Source: Narcine bancroftii (Eukaryota). Taken from it: a DNA stretch of 64,000 nt. Below are positions 38,960-51,807 of the stretch, in pieces; the first letter of the stretch is position 1, and the number at the start of each line of letters is the position of its first letter. Below the pieces are notes generated by a model. The model was not told where the DNA came from, did not search any database, and saw only the letters and a list, made by a program, of their open reading frames with translations. The position numbers and the translations under genes are program-made. The stretch spans positions 8,060,001 through 8,124,000 of the forward strand of contig NC_091479.1 of the NCBI RefSeq assembly GCF_036971445.1. Reading direction: 5' to 3'.

Positions 38960-39822
38960 TCACATCCCCCACCAGCCTCAGCATCCCAAACATCCTCCTC
39001 CACCATTTCTACCCCCTACTACATGATCCCATCAATAGACACATATTCCCCTCTCCTCCTTGCACAGGGACCGCTCCCTCTATGACTCCTTTGTCCCCTC
39101 CCCCCCCCCCCCACCAATTGCCCCCCTTGGCACCTGACCCCTTGTGCCCACACCTCCTCCCTCACCACCATTCAGGGCCCCAAACAGTCCTTCCAAGTGA
39201 AGCAATGTTTCACTTGTAAATCTGTGGGAGTCTCGATCTACCTCGAGAGACTGGGCCCAGACTGGGAGATTGCTTCGTTGAGCACCACAGCCCTGACCAC
39301 CATAATGGCATGTATTTCCCCTGTTTCAGTTTCCCATCCCATTTCCTTGCTGACTTGTCTGTCCATGGCCTCGTGCACTGCCAGACTGAGACCACCTGTA
39401 AATTGGAGGAGCAACACCTCATCTTCCATCTGGCTCCCTCCAACCGGTTGGCATTAACATAGTCTTCTCTGGTTCCCCGGTTCCCCTTAACCCTCCCCCC
39501 CAATTCTTCTTCCCCCAGCTCAGTCTCAGACACTCTCTTTCCCTTTTCCCTCTGTCTCCTTTCACAGACCCAAAATCAATTCTCACCTCTCCTCTTATCA
39601 TATCCAATTAACACCTTTTGTGGGTCTGGACTCCTCGCCTGGCCAGTCTTGTCTTTATTGACACCTTCCTGTTCTTTGCTTATCTTGAAGAGTTTAGGCC
39701 CAAAATGTTGGGTATACATCTTTACCTGCTGTGAAACATTGGTGATGTATCTTTATCTTTGCTCCATAAAGGACACTGTTTGATCACCTGAATTTCTCCA
39801 GCGCTGAGTTCCCCCAGCATTT
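38960..39822 (+). mobile_element. Penelope-like fragment, opposite orientation
   Basis: GPKQSFQVKQCFTC, ETG.RLGD.F.EH and KLEEQHLIF remnants; tail is the inverse of 38320-38420. Confidence 0.8.
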
Positions 39823-40810
39823 TTGTGCACGTTCACTGACTGCTACAGTCCAACAGAATCTCTCAATAGTGTTCTAATCCGTTTGCTCCCTGTTAAATTC
39901 ACAATGCCTCCTTCATGCAATAAAATACCTCAAAACAGCATTTGCATTCCACATTTGATGCCAGCTTCAAGGACTGGCAACCAATACGTTGGTCAAGATG
40001 GCAGGTAACAGGGAGTGAAAGAGAGATAGCTGCCTTCCCAGATGGAATTCCTGACTCCACACAGCAGACAGGTCTTTGCGGATTGATTCGGCCTGGGGAT
40101 CACCCCATGGCTGGGATTGGAGACGGGACTGAGAACAAGAGAACTGGGATAGGACCTGCCCCTCTGTGACAACGGTGGAGATATTCAGTCAGCCAGGCTG
40201 CATCTGGCCAACACCTTGTCAAGAAGGAAGAGAGACAATACTGTACAAGGACAGCAAGACAGACAAGAGTGGGACTTCTTCATCTGAATGTGGCCTGATT
40301 CTAAATATTCCAAAATTTTATTGTTTCATTGAGCATTCCCAGCATCTTGATTATCTTTGGTTTTCACGGAACTGGGGGGGTGGTGCGGAGATGGGGAGGG
40401 TGCAACCATGGAGGTGGGAATTTTAAAATAGATGTGTGGCTCATTTGTTTGATGCTCAAAGGGTTCTGTTCTCATCAGAGTGCCCCTCAAGAAATAGGAG
40501 CCAATCTGATCAGGAGGAGATGGACTTCCTCTGGCGTTAATCAAAAGTGGTGCCTCCCTGCAGCAAGATCACAGTGAGGTGATTGATGGGGGGTGAGTCG
40601 GGGCTTACAGCCTCTCTCGCCTATCCCATCCTTCCCAGCCAATAATGATATTAGGGACTCCACACCATCTATTGCCAAAATGAAGCCCCTAAGGCATGGC
40701 CTCCACTTTAGAATGTCCCAAAACAAGTTCCATCCAGTCACCACTGGGAGCACAGATACCATTGGGGCAAGGCAGAGGTAGTTTTGTAGAATCATACAGC
40801 ACAGTCCGTA

Positions 40811-41010
40811 NNNNNNNNNNNNNNNNNNNNNNNNNNNNNNNNNNNNNNNNNNNNNNNNNNNNNNNNNNNNNNNNNNNNNNNNNNNNNNNNNNNNNNNNNN
40901 NNNNNNNNNNNNNNNNNNNNNNNNNNNNNNNNNNNNNNNNNNNNNNNNNNNNNNNNNNNNNNNNNNNNNNNNNNNNNNNNNNNNNNNNNNNNNNNNNNNN
41001 NNNNNNNNNN
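40811..41010. other. Assembly gap (200 N)
   Basis: N run. Confidence 1.
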
Positions 41011-41564
41011 TCCTGATGTTTCGCTGTCCGTGCGATTTCTGGGGAACAGGATCCCCCCCCCCCCCCACGAATGGCCAAGATTGGAGGGTTCTGGGGCAGA
41101 GGCGGGGGATCCGGTCCGGGTTTTGCCGCCTGCCACTGCAGCAGGCTCTGCTCGCTACACCTGCACCGATGGTGTCGGGTCACCCAGGAAGAAGGAATGA
41201 CCCGCAGCCGAAGGACGGGCGGCATTTGCAGCCCCACATTATCCCGCAGAGAGGGGCGAGCACGACACGAGGTGGTCCACAGAACGAAATGCAGCCGCGG
41301 CCAAGTCATCCTCCCCCCGTGGCTCCCTGCCCGTTCCCGGACTCACCGCCAAGGGCGGTTGCAATGGGATCAGCCGCCAGCTCCGGGGTGGGGGTTCCTC
41401 TCTCTCCCCGCCCCCTGCAATGAACAAAACGCAGCGTCCGACCCCACCCCCCCCCCTTCCCCCGCAGTCCGCTCGGCCCTCTCACAGAACCTATCCCGGG
41501 GCCACTGGAACTATTCCGATTCAGATTATTGTCGCTCATTGGTGCCGGGGAGGGTGAAATCTGC

Positions 41565-42127
41565 CCAGTGAAGTGACCAGTTTGGCTCCTGTCCAGTGAA
41601 ATGACCAGTTTGGCTCCTGTCCAGTGAAATGACCAGTTTGGCTCCTGTCCAGTGAAATGACCAGTTTGGCTCCTGTCCAGTGAAATGACCAGTTTGGCTC
41701 CTGTCCAGTGAAATGACCAGTTTGGCTCTGTCCAGTGAAATGACCAGTTTGGCTCTGTCCAGTGAAATGACCAGTGAGGCTCTGTCCAGTGAAATGACCA
41801 GTGACCAGTTTGGCTCCTGTCCAATGAAATGACCAGTTTGGCTCTGTCCAGTGAAATGACCAGTTTGGCTCTGTCCAGTGAAATGACCAGTTTGGCTCTG
41901 TCCAGTGAAATGACCAGTTTGGCTCTGTCCAGTGAAATGACCAGTGAGGCTCCTGTCCAGTGAAATGACCAGTTTGGCTCCTGTCCAGTGAAATGACCAG
42001 TTTGGCTCCTGTCCAATGAAATGACCAGTTTGGCTCCTGTCCAGTGAAATGACCAGTTTGGCTCTGTCCAGTGAAATGACCAGTGAGGCTCCTGTCCAGT
42101 GAAATGACCAGTTTGGCTCCTGTCCAG
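41565..42127. repeat. 27/28-bp minisatellite, about 20 copies
   Basis: Unit TGTCCAGTGAAATGACCAGTTTGGCTC(C), highly homogeneous. Confidence 0.95.
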
Positions 42128-43276
42128 ACGAGGCGAGAAAAGTCCGCAGACAGGGTGGATGAAGGTGAAAACACGACGCTGGAGAACGTCAGATCAGACA
42201 GGGCCTTTGCACAGCAAGGAGACACCGCCAACGTTTCGGGGTTGAGCCCCTCACCGGGGTCGGGGTGACTGAGGAAGCCTGTCGCCTGCTTCAGATCGAG
42301 CGAGCGCCCACTGGAGGGTCTTGCAAACTGGCGGAACTTCCATCCCCAGCCCAGGGATTCAGCCTGTTCACCGTGGGATGAAATTGATCGGAGGCGTCTT
42401 CACCCCAGCGCTGTCGGGTGCATGACCATCGGTGTGGGTGAATGCTGCAGAGCCGCAAGGGGTGAGAGTTGGTCTGTCCGGCTGCAGACAGACGTTGCAT
42501 CAGCTCCCCCCCCCCCCCCCCCCCGTTCCACATCTTGCACCACTTCCCAGACACCATTGTGTGAACTGATTTCCAATTCCTGCTCTCCCTCACCCAGATG
42601 CTTCTCCGGGATGAAATCACATGCTGGAGTGATCTAAGGCGGCGGAAAAGCTTCTCAACTGAACATCATGGGATATTGGCAACGACTGCCCGAATATAAA
42701 ACTTCCAACGAGCAATGTCCACCTGACAGAGGCACAAGAAGCTCCCGCACAGACCGCATCTGGGGCTTCCGACATCCAGCACTAAACTCAAACCATGGCC
42801 AACTTTGTCCAGGCAAAGTCTACCCTGCAACCACACAGCAACTCAACTGCGTCCGCGGGAGGTTCACTGCAACCGACCTACCCACCTAAGCGATAAAGTG
42901 GATTCAAAATCCCTTTTTAACTCTTCAACAATTTTTATATGTTTCAAAATTGAGATGCTTTTGCCTCTCCTGTTGAGATAAAAATATTCTGGTATCGGAG
43001 CCTCATCCAGGGAGCGAGAGAGTGAGGGGAGGCAAAGGATGGAGGGTTGGTGAAGAGAGGGCGAATGGGCAGCGGGTAGGACAGAGGAGGCGAAAGGATG
43101 GAGGATAGCGACGGTACGGGGGAGGGATGCCCTCAGAGGGTCAGACAGGTGGAGAGAGAGAGAGTGTGGGAGAGGAAGAAGGGGGAGGGAGGGAGGAGAT
43201 GGAGGGGGACAGAGGTTTAAAGGACCGGAGAGGGGTTCGCGTCAAGAGAGGGGAGAGAAAGGGAGAAGGAAGGAAG

Positions 43277-43720
43277 GGGAGATTGGGTGAGGGGGGGAGA
43301 TTGGGTGAGGGGGGGAGATTGGGTGAGGGGGGGAGATTGGGTGAGGGGGGGAGATTGGGTGAGGGGGGGAGATTGGGTGAGGGGGGGAGATTGGGTGAGG
43401 GGGGGAGATTGGGTGAGGGGGGAGATTGGGTGAGGGGGGGAGATTGGGTGAGGGGGGGAGATTGGGTGAGGGGGGAGATTGGGTGAGGGGGGAGATTGGG
43501 TGAGGGGGGAGATTGGGTGAGGGGGGAGATTGGGTGAGGGGGGAGATTGGGTGAGGGGGGAGATTGGGTGAGGGGGGAGATTGGGTGAGGGGGGAGATTG
43601 GGTGAGGGGGGGAGATTGGGTGAGGGGGGGAGATTGGTTGAGGGGGGAGATTGGGTGAGGGGGGGAGATTGGGTGAGGGGGGGAGATTGGGTGAGGGGGG
43701 GAGATTGGGTGAGGGGGGGA
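43277..43720. repeat. 17/18-bp G-rich minisatellite, about 25 copies
   Basis: Unit GGGGGG(G)AGATTGGGTGA. Confidence 0.95.
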
Positions 43721-44697
43721 GAGAGACAGATGAGGTGGAGAGAGGGGGTAAAGGGGGACAGAACCGGGAAGGAGGGAGAAAGGAGAAGAGGGAAAACGGG
43801 GGTCTGATAGAGGGGAGCGTGGGGCTGGGAGAAGAGAGAAGGGGCCGGGGGAGAGAAGGGGAGATAGAAGGGTGAAAGAGGGGGAGAGATTGAATGGGAC
43901 CGTCAGAGAGAAGCAGAGTTGGAAGCTACAATGAGACTGCAGAATTTGCCGCAGTGCACAGTGGCGCCCTTGCTCTCCCCACCCCCCCCCCCCTCCTCCT
44001 CCTCCTCCTCCTCCTCTCTGCCTCCTTGAGGTCCCTCTCTCCCTCTTCCCTTTCTCGACTTGGCTCCGGCAGTTCGTTGAGTGCCCCACACTATTTTTGC
44101 CCTGGGATCCAGATCCTGTCGGAGACCGGGATGACTGTCGGTGTCGGAACTCCGAGGGGTGGGGGAACACTGATACCTGGAAGGAGAGGGGACAGGGCAT
44201 TAAAATCACCCCCGTCTGCGGGCAAAAATGCCCCAAGGGTTGTAAATCAGCGGGCGTAACGGAGGCAGGGAGACGAGATCTTTTGGGTGGCGGGGAAGAT
44301 TTTACTTCTGAGACAGACAGAGGTGTGAGCGATTTCATCCGCTCTGATTCCCAGACAGATCCACCCCATCGCAGACGTTCATCCACCGTCCTGACAAACT
44401 CCAGTGCCACACAATCTCATTGTTCCTTGAAGAGGAAGGAGGGGGGGGGGGGGGGGAATGAGCAGATTAAAAGCAGCTCAGCCTCTCGCCAGCCCCTCAG
44501 CCTCCCTTCCTCGGTCGCCCGTACCTACCCGCTCCTCGCTGGCCGGCCGGACTCACTCTGCTGCCCGCTCCCTCGGCTGGGCTCCAAGGCGGAGCCGCCC
44601 AGACTGGGTCCGCCCTCTGTTAGACATGTACCAGCATTCGGCCCGCAGCACCGAGAGAGGCGAGGCGAGTGGGGAGGGGTGGTGGAGAAGGAGAGCA

Positions 44698-45381
44698 NNN
44701 NNNNNNNNNNNNNNNNNNNNNNNNNNNNNNNNNNNNNNNNNNNNNNNNNNNNNNNNNNNNNNNNNNNNNNNNNNNNNNNNNNNNNNNNNNNNNNNNNNNN
44801 NNNNNNNNNNNNNNNNNNNNNNNNNNNNNNNNNNNNNNNNNNNNNNNNNNNNNNNNNNNNNNNNNNNNNNNNAGAGGGAGGGGGAGGGCCGGGAGGGGAG
44901 AGGGAGGGGGAGGGCCGGGAGGGGAGAGGGAGGGGGAGGGCCGTGAGGGGAGGAGGGGGAGGGCGAGGGAGAGGAGGGGGAGGGAGGGGAGGGGGAGGGA
45001 GGGGAGGGGGAGGGGGAGGGAGGGAGGGGAGGGGAGGGGGAGGGCAGGGGAGGGGAGGGGGAGGGCCGGGATGGGAGGGNNNNNNNNNNNNNNNNNNNNN
45101 NNNNNNNNNNNNNNNNNNNNNNNNNNNNNNNNNNNNNNNNNNNNNNNNNNNNNNNNNNNNNNNNNNNNNNNNNNNNNNNNNNNNNNNNNNNNNNNNNNNN
45201 NNNNNNNNNNNNNNNNNNNNNNNNNNNNNNNNNNNNNNNNNNNNNNNNNNNNNNNNNNNNNNNNNNNNNNNNNNNNNNNNNNNNNNNNNNNNNNNNNNNN
45301 NNNNNNNNNNNNNNNNNNNNNNNNNNNNNNNNNNNNNNNNNNNNNNNNNNNNNNNNNNNNNNNNNNNNNNNNNNNNNNNNN
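44698..45381. other. Two assembly gaps (44698-44872 and 45080-45381) around a polypurine (GGGGA)-rich tract
   Basis: N runs, with G/A low-complexity sequence at 44873-45079. Confidence 1.
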
Positions 45382-47684
45382 GCAGGCTCTCACAGAGGGA
45401 GGAGGGGCGAGCCAGCGGAGAGAAGGCAGTGAGGCTCACCGAGGGCTGGGGGCCAAAAGTGGAGCCGCGGGACGGGACTGGGAGCCGGATTGATACAAGG
45501 AGTTGGGGAAAGGGGAGAGGAGGGGCTGCAGTGAACAGGACAGTAAACAGAAAGAGCGGCACAGACAGCCAACAGGGAATCGTGGAGAAAGGGTGGAGGG
45601 GGGCAAGGAAAGAGTCAAGAACAAAGTCACCGGCAATGGGGTGGGGGGGGGGGCGAGGAGAGAGAGGGAGGGAGGGATAGGTGGAGGGGGAAGAGGTGGG
45701 TATGAGAGAGAGAAATGAGGAGGGTGGGGAGAGAGGCGGAGGGAAGGGTGACTGGGATAGAGAGAGGGGAGTGGACTTGAGAGGTCACGGGAGGATGGAT
45801 CAGATAGGGAGAGGGGAGGGGATTCACCTCCCCGTCAGTGCGGAGCGAGGTCCACACTCTCCGACTGGATGCTAAGCGTCAGGAGAACGGTATCGTGGAT
45901 GGTGCGGGAGACAGGTGCAGCAAGGAGGGCGGCCGACCCGCACACAAGTTCCCTATGACAGCCCGATAATGATTAGACAGCAGTGCTCCAAACGGTGGCC
46001 ATAAAGTTACCTGGGGTCTCAACAGCACCTCTCAGGTGCGCACTGTAGGTCTCGACGTCGCTTGAAGAGAAGCTTTGGGTGGAGCAGCAGGAGAGGTGTT
46101 TAAAAGCTGCCATAGAGTCATGCAGCAGGGAAAGTAGCCATTCGGCCCCTCACATCCATGCTGACCAGTGGGCCCCGATCCTGTCTTCCTGTTGCATCCC
46201 ATACCTGGGCAATTTACCTGCCCATCTCCACACCTCTTAAATGTTTCAGTGACTCTCCGGTCCTACAGTTTAGGTAGTCACTGCTCTCTGGGTGAAGAAG
46301 GACCCCTTCAAATCCCCACTGAAGTTTTTTTTAACCCCTTATGTTCCTTACGGTTTTTAACCCCTTATCCATGTCCTCTCGTTTTATTTACTTTTGACAA
46401 GAACAAAATCTTCCTCTGTTATACATCAACAGCAGACCAGCCATCTGGTGTGGCAGCGACCTCTGAGCTATGTCTAACGACCATGTAGCGTGGCTGAGCT
46501 GTGTCCTCGTCCAAAACTAGCACAATGGTCAGAGAGCCAAGGAGAGCTGAGTGGAGGAGTCCTGGGGGCCTCCCACCGTAATCCCCACCACTTCTGTCAA
46601 TGTCTGGTGCCAGCTCCAGCTTGCTGCACTCATTCAGTGCAGGCAAATAGAGAGGGTGTCAGTTCAAGGGCCTTTGAAGGACTCCTTCAGTTGTAGAATG
46701 GTGGGGGGGTTATTCTGCTCATCAATGGCTCTGGCCCCTCTGTGCAGGGTAGGGTACATCAATACCTCGGGCAAGAATCAACACCCTTTCATGTTGCAAC
46801 AACTCTCAGTGAAGAAACAATCTTTTATAAGACCTCTGGTTGTAAGTCATGTGAAATTGAGAGATGTTTTAATCCTCCAGTAAAGGTAAAGCTTTATAAA
46901 TACACAAAGAAGATGGGGGAATGAAGGAGATTCTGGTCAGGAAGATGGAGAGGGCAGGACTACCTTGTTGGATACATTTTTACATAGTGGGGGAATTAAG
47001 GGACATGAACCCATCATCAGATCATCCATGATCTCATTGAATGGTGGAGCAGGCTCGATGGGCCAAATGGCCTACTCTTGCTCCTATTTCTAATGTTCTA
47101 TGTCAGCGACACTCTATAGCTGGGAGAGGCAGGGAAGGACTGGGGGGGAGGGAGCAGGAAGGTAAGGTGTGTGGCAGGATGGTCAAGTGGAACAGGATCC
47201 CGAGACAAAACATTGAAGTAGAATATTCTCCTACCGCAGGCTGCTGGATGCTTCTCTGCCGTTAAAGGGTAACACTGCAGGAAAATGGCATCTGCTACCT
47301 TCTGGTGACTGGATCTCGGCATCCCGCGAGGGTGGGGAAGAGGGAGGGGTGCAGTTAATGCGCTGTCTTTGGCTCCTGATGGCTCTCCACCACATTGCTT
47401 CCCCTGGGCTGCAGCACCAGCTGTCACACAGAGATGTGCCACTGGCTTTTATGACCCTGGGAAGCAAAGGATGTGTTGCAGCTATCAGGTTTCTTCACTC
47501 CACAGCTGTCCGTCACGCAAGGAAGAGCTTGACAGCTTGGGGTCAGAAGTAGGTGCTTTAAGATTGAAGAGTCAGTTTCATTGCACACGTCGCCCCACTA
47601 AAATAGAGCATCAAAATGAGATTCCTTTCATTTCATCCTTGGAGTGGAGGTCTCACTGGGGTTATTCCTAATCCTGTCCCTCAA

Positions 47685-48470
47685 CCTCAAGTCAAGTTTA
47701 CTGTCATCTGATGGTACAAGTTCTCTGGTCCTCAGTGTAAAACATGCAGGCACACAACCAGACATAACACACATACATACAATACATATGCATATATAAA
47801 AATAAATTAATATTGTTTCATGAATATGAGAGTCTCGGAGGGTCAGTGGGAGCAGTTCCTTTGGTCGTTCAGCATCTCACTGCCTGTGGGGAGAAGCTGA
47901 TCCTCAGCCTGGTCGTGCTGGCTCTGATCCTCCAATGGAAGCAGTTGAACTATGGTTTGTGTGTGGGATGGAACGGGTCCTCAGTGATTTTGCGTGCCCT
48001 CTTCAGACAATGATCCCGGTAGATCACGTCGATGGTGGGGAGGGAGACTCCAGTGATCCTTTCTGCCATTCTTATGGTCCTGGCAACCGTACCACTCTGT
48101 GATGCAGCCAGCCAGGACATTCTCAAAAAAACTCAGAGAGAGAAGTTTGACATAATGGTGGCTGGAAGCCTTGCGCCTTCCTGACAAGTGAGGAGATGTT
48201 GAATGTCTATGATAGGTCACTAGTTAAGTGAAGCCCAATGCTCTCCAGTCTCTCTACTACAGAGTTGTTGATGTGTAGTGGAGGGTGGTTGTTCCTGGTC
48301 CTCCTGATGTCCACGATCATCTCTTTCAACTTCACCACATTGAGACTCGGGTCGTTAATCACACCTTTTCACAAAATTTCCCACCTTTTCTCTGCAAGGC
48401 AACTCATTATTGTTGCCTGATGAGGCCGACGACTGTTGTGTCATCTGCAAACTTGATGACGCTGTTGGGA
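47685..48470 (-). mobile_element. Rex1/Babar-like LINE 3' fragment
   Basis: Reverse complement of the 59300-60150 family, including a KFADDTT remnant at about 48430-48455. Confidence 0.75.
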
Positions 48471-51264
48471 ACCTGCAGGGCCATGTCCCTGTTACTTCAG
48501 ATTTCAAAGCTCAGATTTATTGTCAGGGTACATACGTGACATCATGTACAACCCTGAGATTCTTTTTCCTGTGGACCAGGCAGAATTACACTTATTGGTA
48601 GTGCAAAATAAAACTGACTCAACGTACACATGTAAATGAAAAAATGTGAACAAACTGACTGTGCAATACAGAGAGAGAAAAAATTAATAAAGTGTACAAG
48701 TCCCTGATTGAGTTTGTTGTTGAGGGGTCTGAGAGTGGAGGGGGAGCAGCTGTTCCTGAACCTGGTGGGGCGAGTCTGGTGGCACCGAGACCTCTTTCCT
48801 ATTGGCCAAACTGGGTAAAGTCTGCATACTTTCTCCCCTAAAGGATCAGATGAGCTTTCAACTACTCCAATAGTTTCAGTATTGTTGTCTGTGTATTTTG
48901 TTCTAGATTTCATTCCATCATTCATTAATCTGAACTTCATCCAACTGCCACGGTAGATTATGGACTCCAGCCGCTTTGCCATCGAATCCAAGAGAGTGTG
49001 TCTCTCAACGCTGAGCATGAAGACCATGAGTGAATGTCCCCTGCACCCACCCCATCCCACCCATACACAATGTAGGTCAGCAGAGGTGTCGTATCTTGCG
49101 ACTGAGATGTTTAACCAATGCCCTGAAACGTGCCAAAAAGAGAGAGAGAGAAAATCTTCCTTGCTTATTTAATTTTAGCTGCACAGAAGTCATTTTATAG
49201 TAATCCAATTGCCACTTTGGTCCTGCTGTTTTGCATCATTTCAGGTCAGCACCAAAGGGGGGAGGAATTCGTGGGCCATTGTGATTTCCCCCCCCCCACC
49301 TGCAGCACCATTAGCATGTAGCATCACTAGTCCACAATATAAGCAGTGCGTTTGTTTGAAATATCAGACGGAGGGAGTGGGACAGCGGTACACAGAGGAG
49401 CTTCATCGGAGGCAGGTAGGCACCCCCACCCCCACCTGAGCAAGTTTTCAAATGTCAGATTGTGCCCCCCCCCCCCCCGCAGTTACCCTAATGCCCCCTG
49501 CTAAGACTTGTTCAGGCTCCGACCTGGCACACTTAACGTTAAAGGCCTGCTTTTTTAATTGCAATAATTAACATTGACGATTGAGGTTTCTGAATGTTTC
49601 TGTATTCTCTCGCCGCTGAAAAAAATTGCAATTTAACAGAGCTGATATTTATCGCTTTGAAATTAAATATAGGTCCCTGCACATTACACGGGTTACCCTT
49701 GAAATCCTCTGGCCTGGATAGATCCGGAGACTAAAACCAGCTGAGGCACGTTCAACTCCAAAGTCATGGCCCCAATCTTCAAAGGTAAAGGGAGGAAATG
49801 TTGTAAATGCAGCAAAGACAATTCCTTGTTCATTGGAGATTAAAACTGAAAAGTTATGAATGTATCCAAACAAGTTTATGGCAGGAGGCCATTTAACCCA
49901 TTGAGTTTCTGCTCTAAATCTCTTTGCTAAAGGCAATTGGGAACTGAAATTTCTTTACCCAAAGTGTGGAACTCTCTCATGGGAGAAGTCAAGATGATTT
50001 GCACTGATGGGTTTAAGGAAAATCAAAATCAGAATTTATTGTCATGAACGAGTCACCGAATTTGTGGTTTTGTGACAGCATCAAGGGCCAACATTCATAT
50101 AAACCACCTTGCCAAATAAATAAAAATTGTGTGCAAAAAGTCGAGGTGAGGCAGTGCCTTCGGTTCACTGATCATTCAGGAATCTGATGGCAGAGGGGAA
50201 GAAGCCAACCGTGTGCCGCTGAGTGCTCGTCTTCAGGCTCCTGTACCCTTTTCCCGATGGAAGCAGAGGATGCAGTTATAGGTGAGATGGAGACGGGTGG
50301 GAGGAGGATTTGATGGACCTCATCAGAGAGGCAGAGTGGGCTGATTCTGTTGCACCTTAGCCCCTCATTTACAAATCCTCATGGAGTAAATCCTCAGGAC
50401 AGACTTCAACAGTGCTGTCAGAAGGAGAAGCTCGTGGCTATCCAAATTCATTAAACTCCCTAATAATCCTGATCACCACAGACAGTGTGGGTTTCACAAA
50501 ATTACAGGGTTTGACCTTCGCTTCTGCATAAAGGATACAGCTGTCTGGCCCACTTTGGAAGGATGTTATTTTTGATGCGTCATGTGTCTGGTGCACATGA
50601 AAGCCCACTGTTTAACTGCCCAGGGCGTACTGGTAGGATGCACCCAGGAACAGTGTTTCTACCTTACACAGAGGCGTCCTCTCTTCCCTTCAAACTCGGA
50701 GATCCCAGACACAGTCAGGTAGGAGTCAAGCCTGGAGTTTGTCAGATGTAGAGGTCAATCTGGAGATTAACACCCAGATAAGAAATGCCTCCAAAATATA
50801 AAAGGACGATCTGGTAGTTTTAACAAATCTGTCGATATGTAAAGAGTTGAACCAGCTGGGCTTTTAGCTACATCTGGAATTATTATCCTATCAGAGACCA
50901 GAACTAAACAATAAGAGTTTTGACATTTGCCCGAATTGTAATATTTTCATTGGGATCATCTGCTATTTCATTCTTTTGTCACCACTTGTCATCACTTTCT
51001 ATTAACATAAAAGTCATCCAAGACTCTGTCTGTACCCTAGGTCTTGGCAAGTCTCAGTCACCCTTCGGCCCTGTGCTCACTGACCCAAGTCAGGACTTGG
51101 CCTGAAATGTCACTCAATGCATAATCCCTCCAACTGTTACCTCAACCAACCCCTCTCTGATCTCTACCCTCCACCTACCCCCAATCCTTTACTCCATCAC
51201 TGCTGGCCTGAACTCCTAAACCTGTCCCGTCTCTTCACCCCTCTGTCCAAACTTTTGGTCTTCC

Positions 51265-51720
51265 AAGTCAACTCAAGTCAAAGTCAAGTTTATGGGCGTT
51301 TAATTGTACAAGTAGAACCGGGTGAAACAGCGCTCTCCGGTCCTCGGTGCAAAACACACACACACACAACCGGACATAACACACACACATACAGGCAAAC
51401 AATACATACGCAGGATGTGTATTCACATGTACAAATTAATAAATAAATGCTGTGAAATGAATATTAGCACCTCAGAAGGTCCATGTGAGCAGTTCCTTTG
51501 GTCGTTCAGCGTTCTCATTGCCCGTGGGAAGAAGCTCTTCCTCAGTCTGGTGGAGCTGGCTCTGATCCTCCTGGATCTCTTCCCCGACGGGAGCAGCTGA
51601 AAGATGCTGCGTGCGGGGTGGAAGGGGTCCTCGATGATTTTGGGTGCCCTCTACAGACAGCAATCACGGTAGATCATGTTGAAGCGGTGGGGGTAGAGAG
51701 ATCCCAGCGATCCTCTCTGC
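51265..51720 (-). mobile_element. Rex1/Babar-like tail fragment
   Basis: Same tail family as above ((CAAGT)n start, GAAGAAGCTCTTCCTCAGTCTGGTGG). Confidence 0.7.
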
Positions 51721-51807
51721 TCCTCATTAAGTGTATGCCAGCTTGAACCCTAATCACTTTGATTCACAATTTGGTTTGAAGCTGACTGCGAATAAGAGCA
51801 TGTGCAT

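Larger units (their letters stand above)
41011..46080. promoter_or_regulatory. GC/CpG-rich island-like block, candidate internal or alternative promoter
   Basis: Visibly high CpG density and few TEs relative to the flanks. GC boxes (CCGCCC) at about 44595-44616, G-rich tracts, and minus-strand GTGAGT donors at 41346 and 44556. Confidence 0.55.

Noticed and set aside
41018-41040. REST/NRSE element (CACGGACAGCG on -)
   Set aside because: Only the right half-site matches; the TCAGCAC left half is absent.
41536-42231. Repetitive ORFs (AKLVISLDR / WSFHWTEPN)n and CRISPR-like look
   Set aside because: Translations of a 27/28-bp tandem repeat with frame-shifting units and no unique spacers.
43127-45680. 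Gly/Pro/Arg-rich ORFs of 270-527 aa
   Set aside because: Arise from G-rich low-complexity DNA and run through N gaps.
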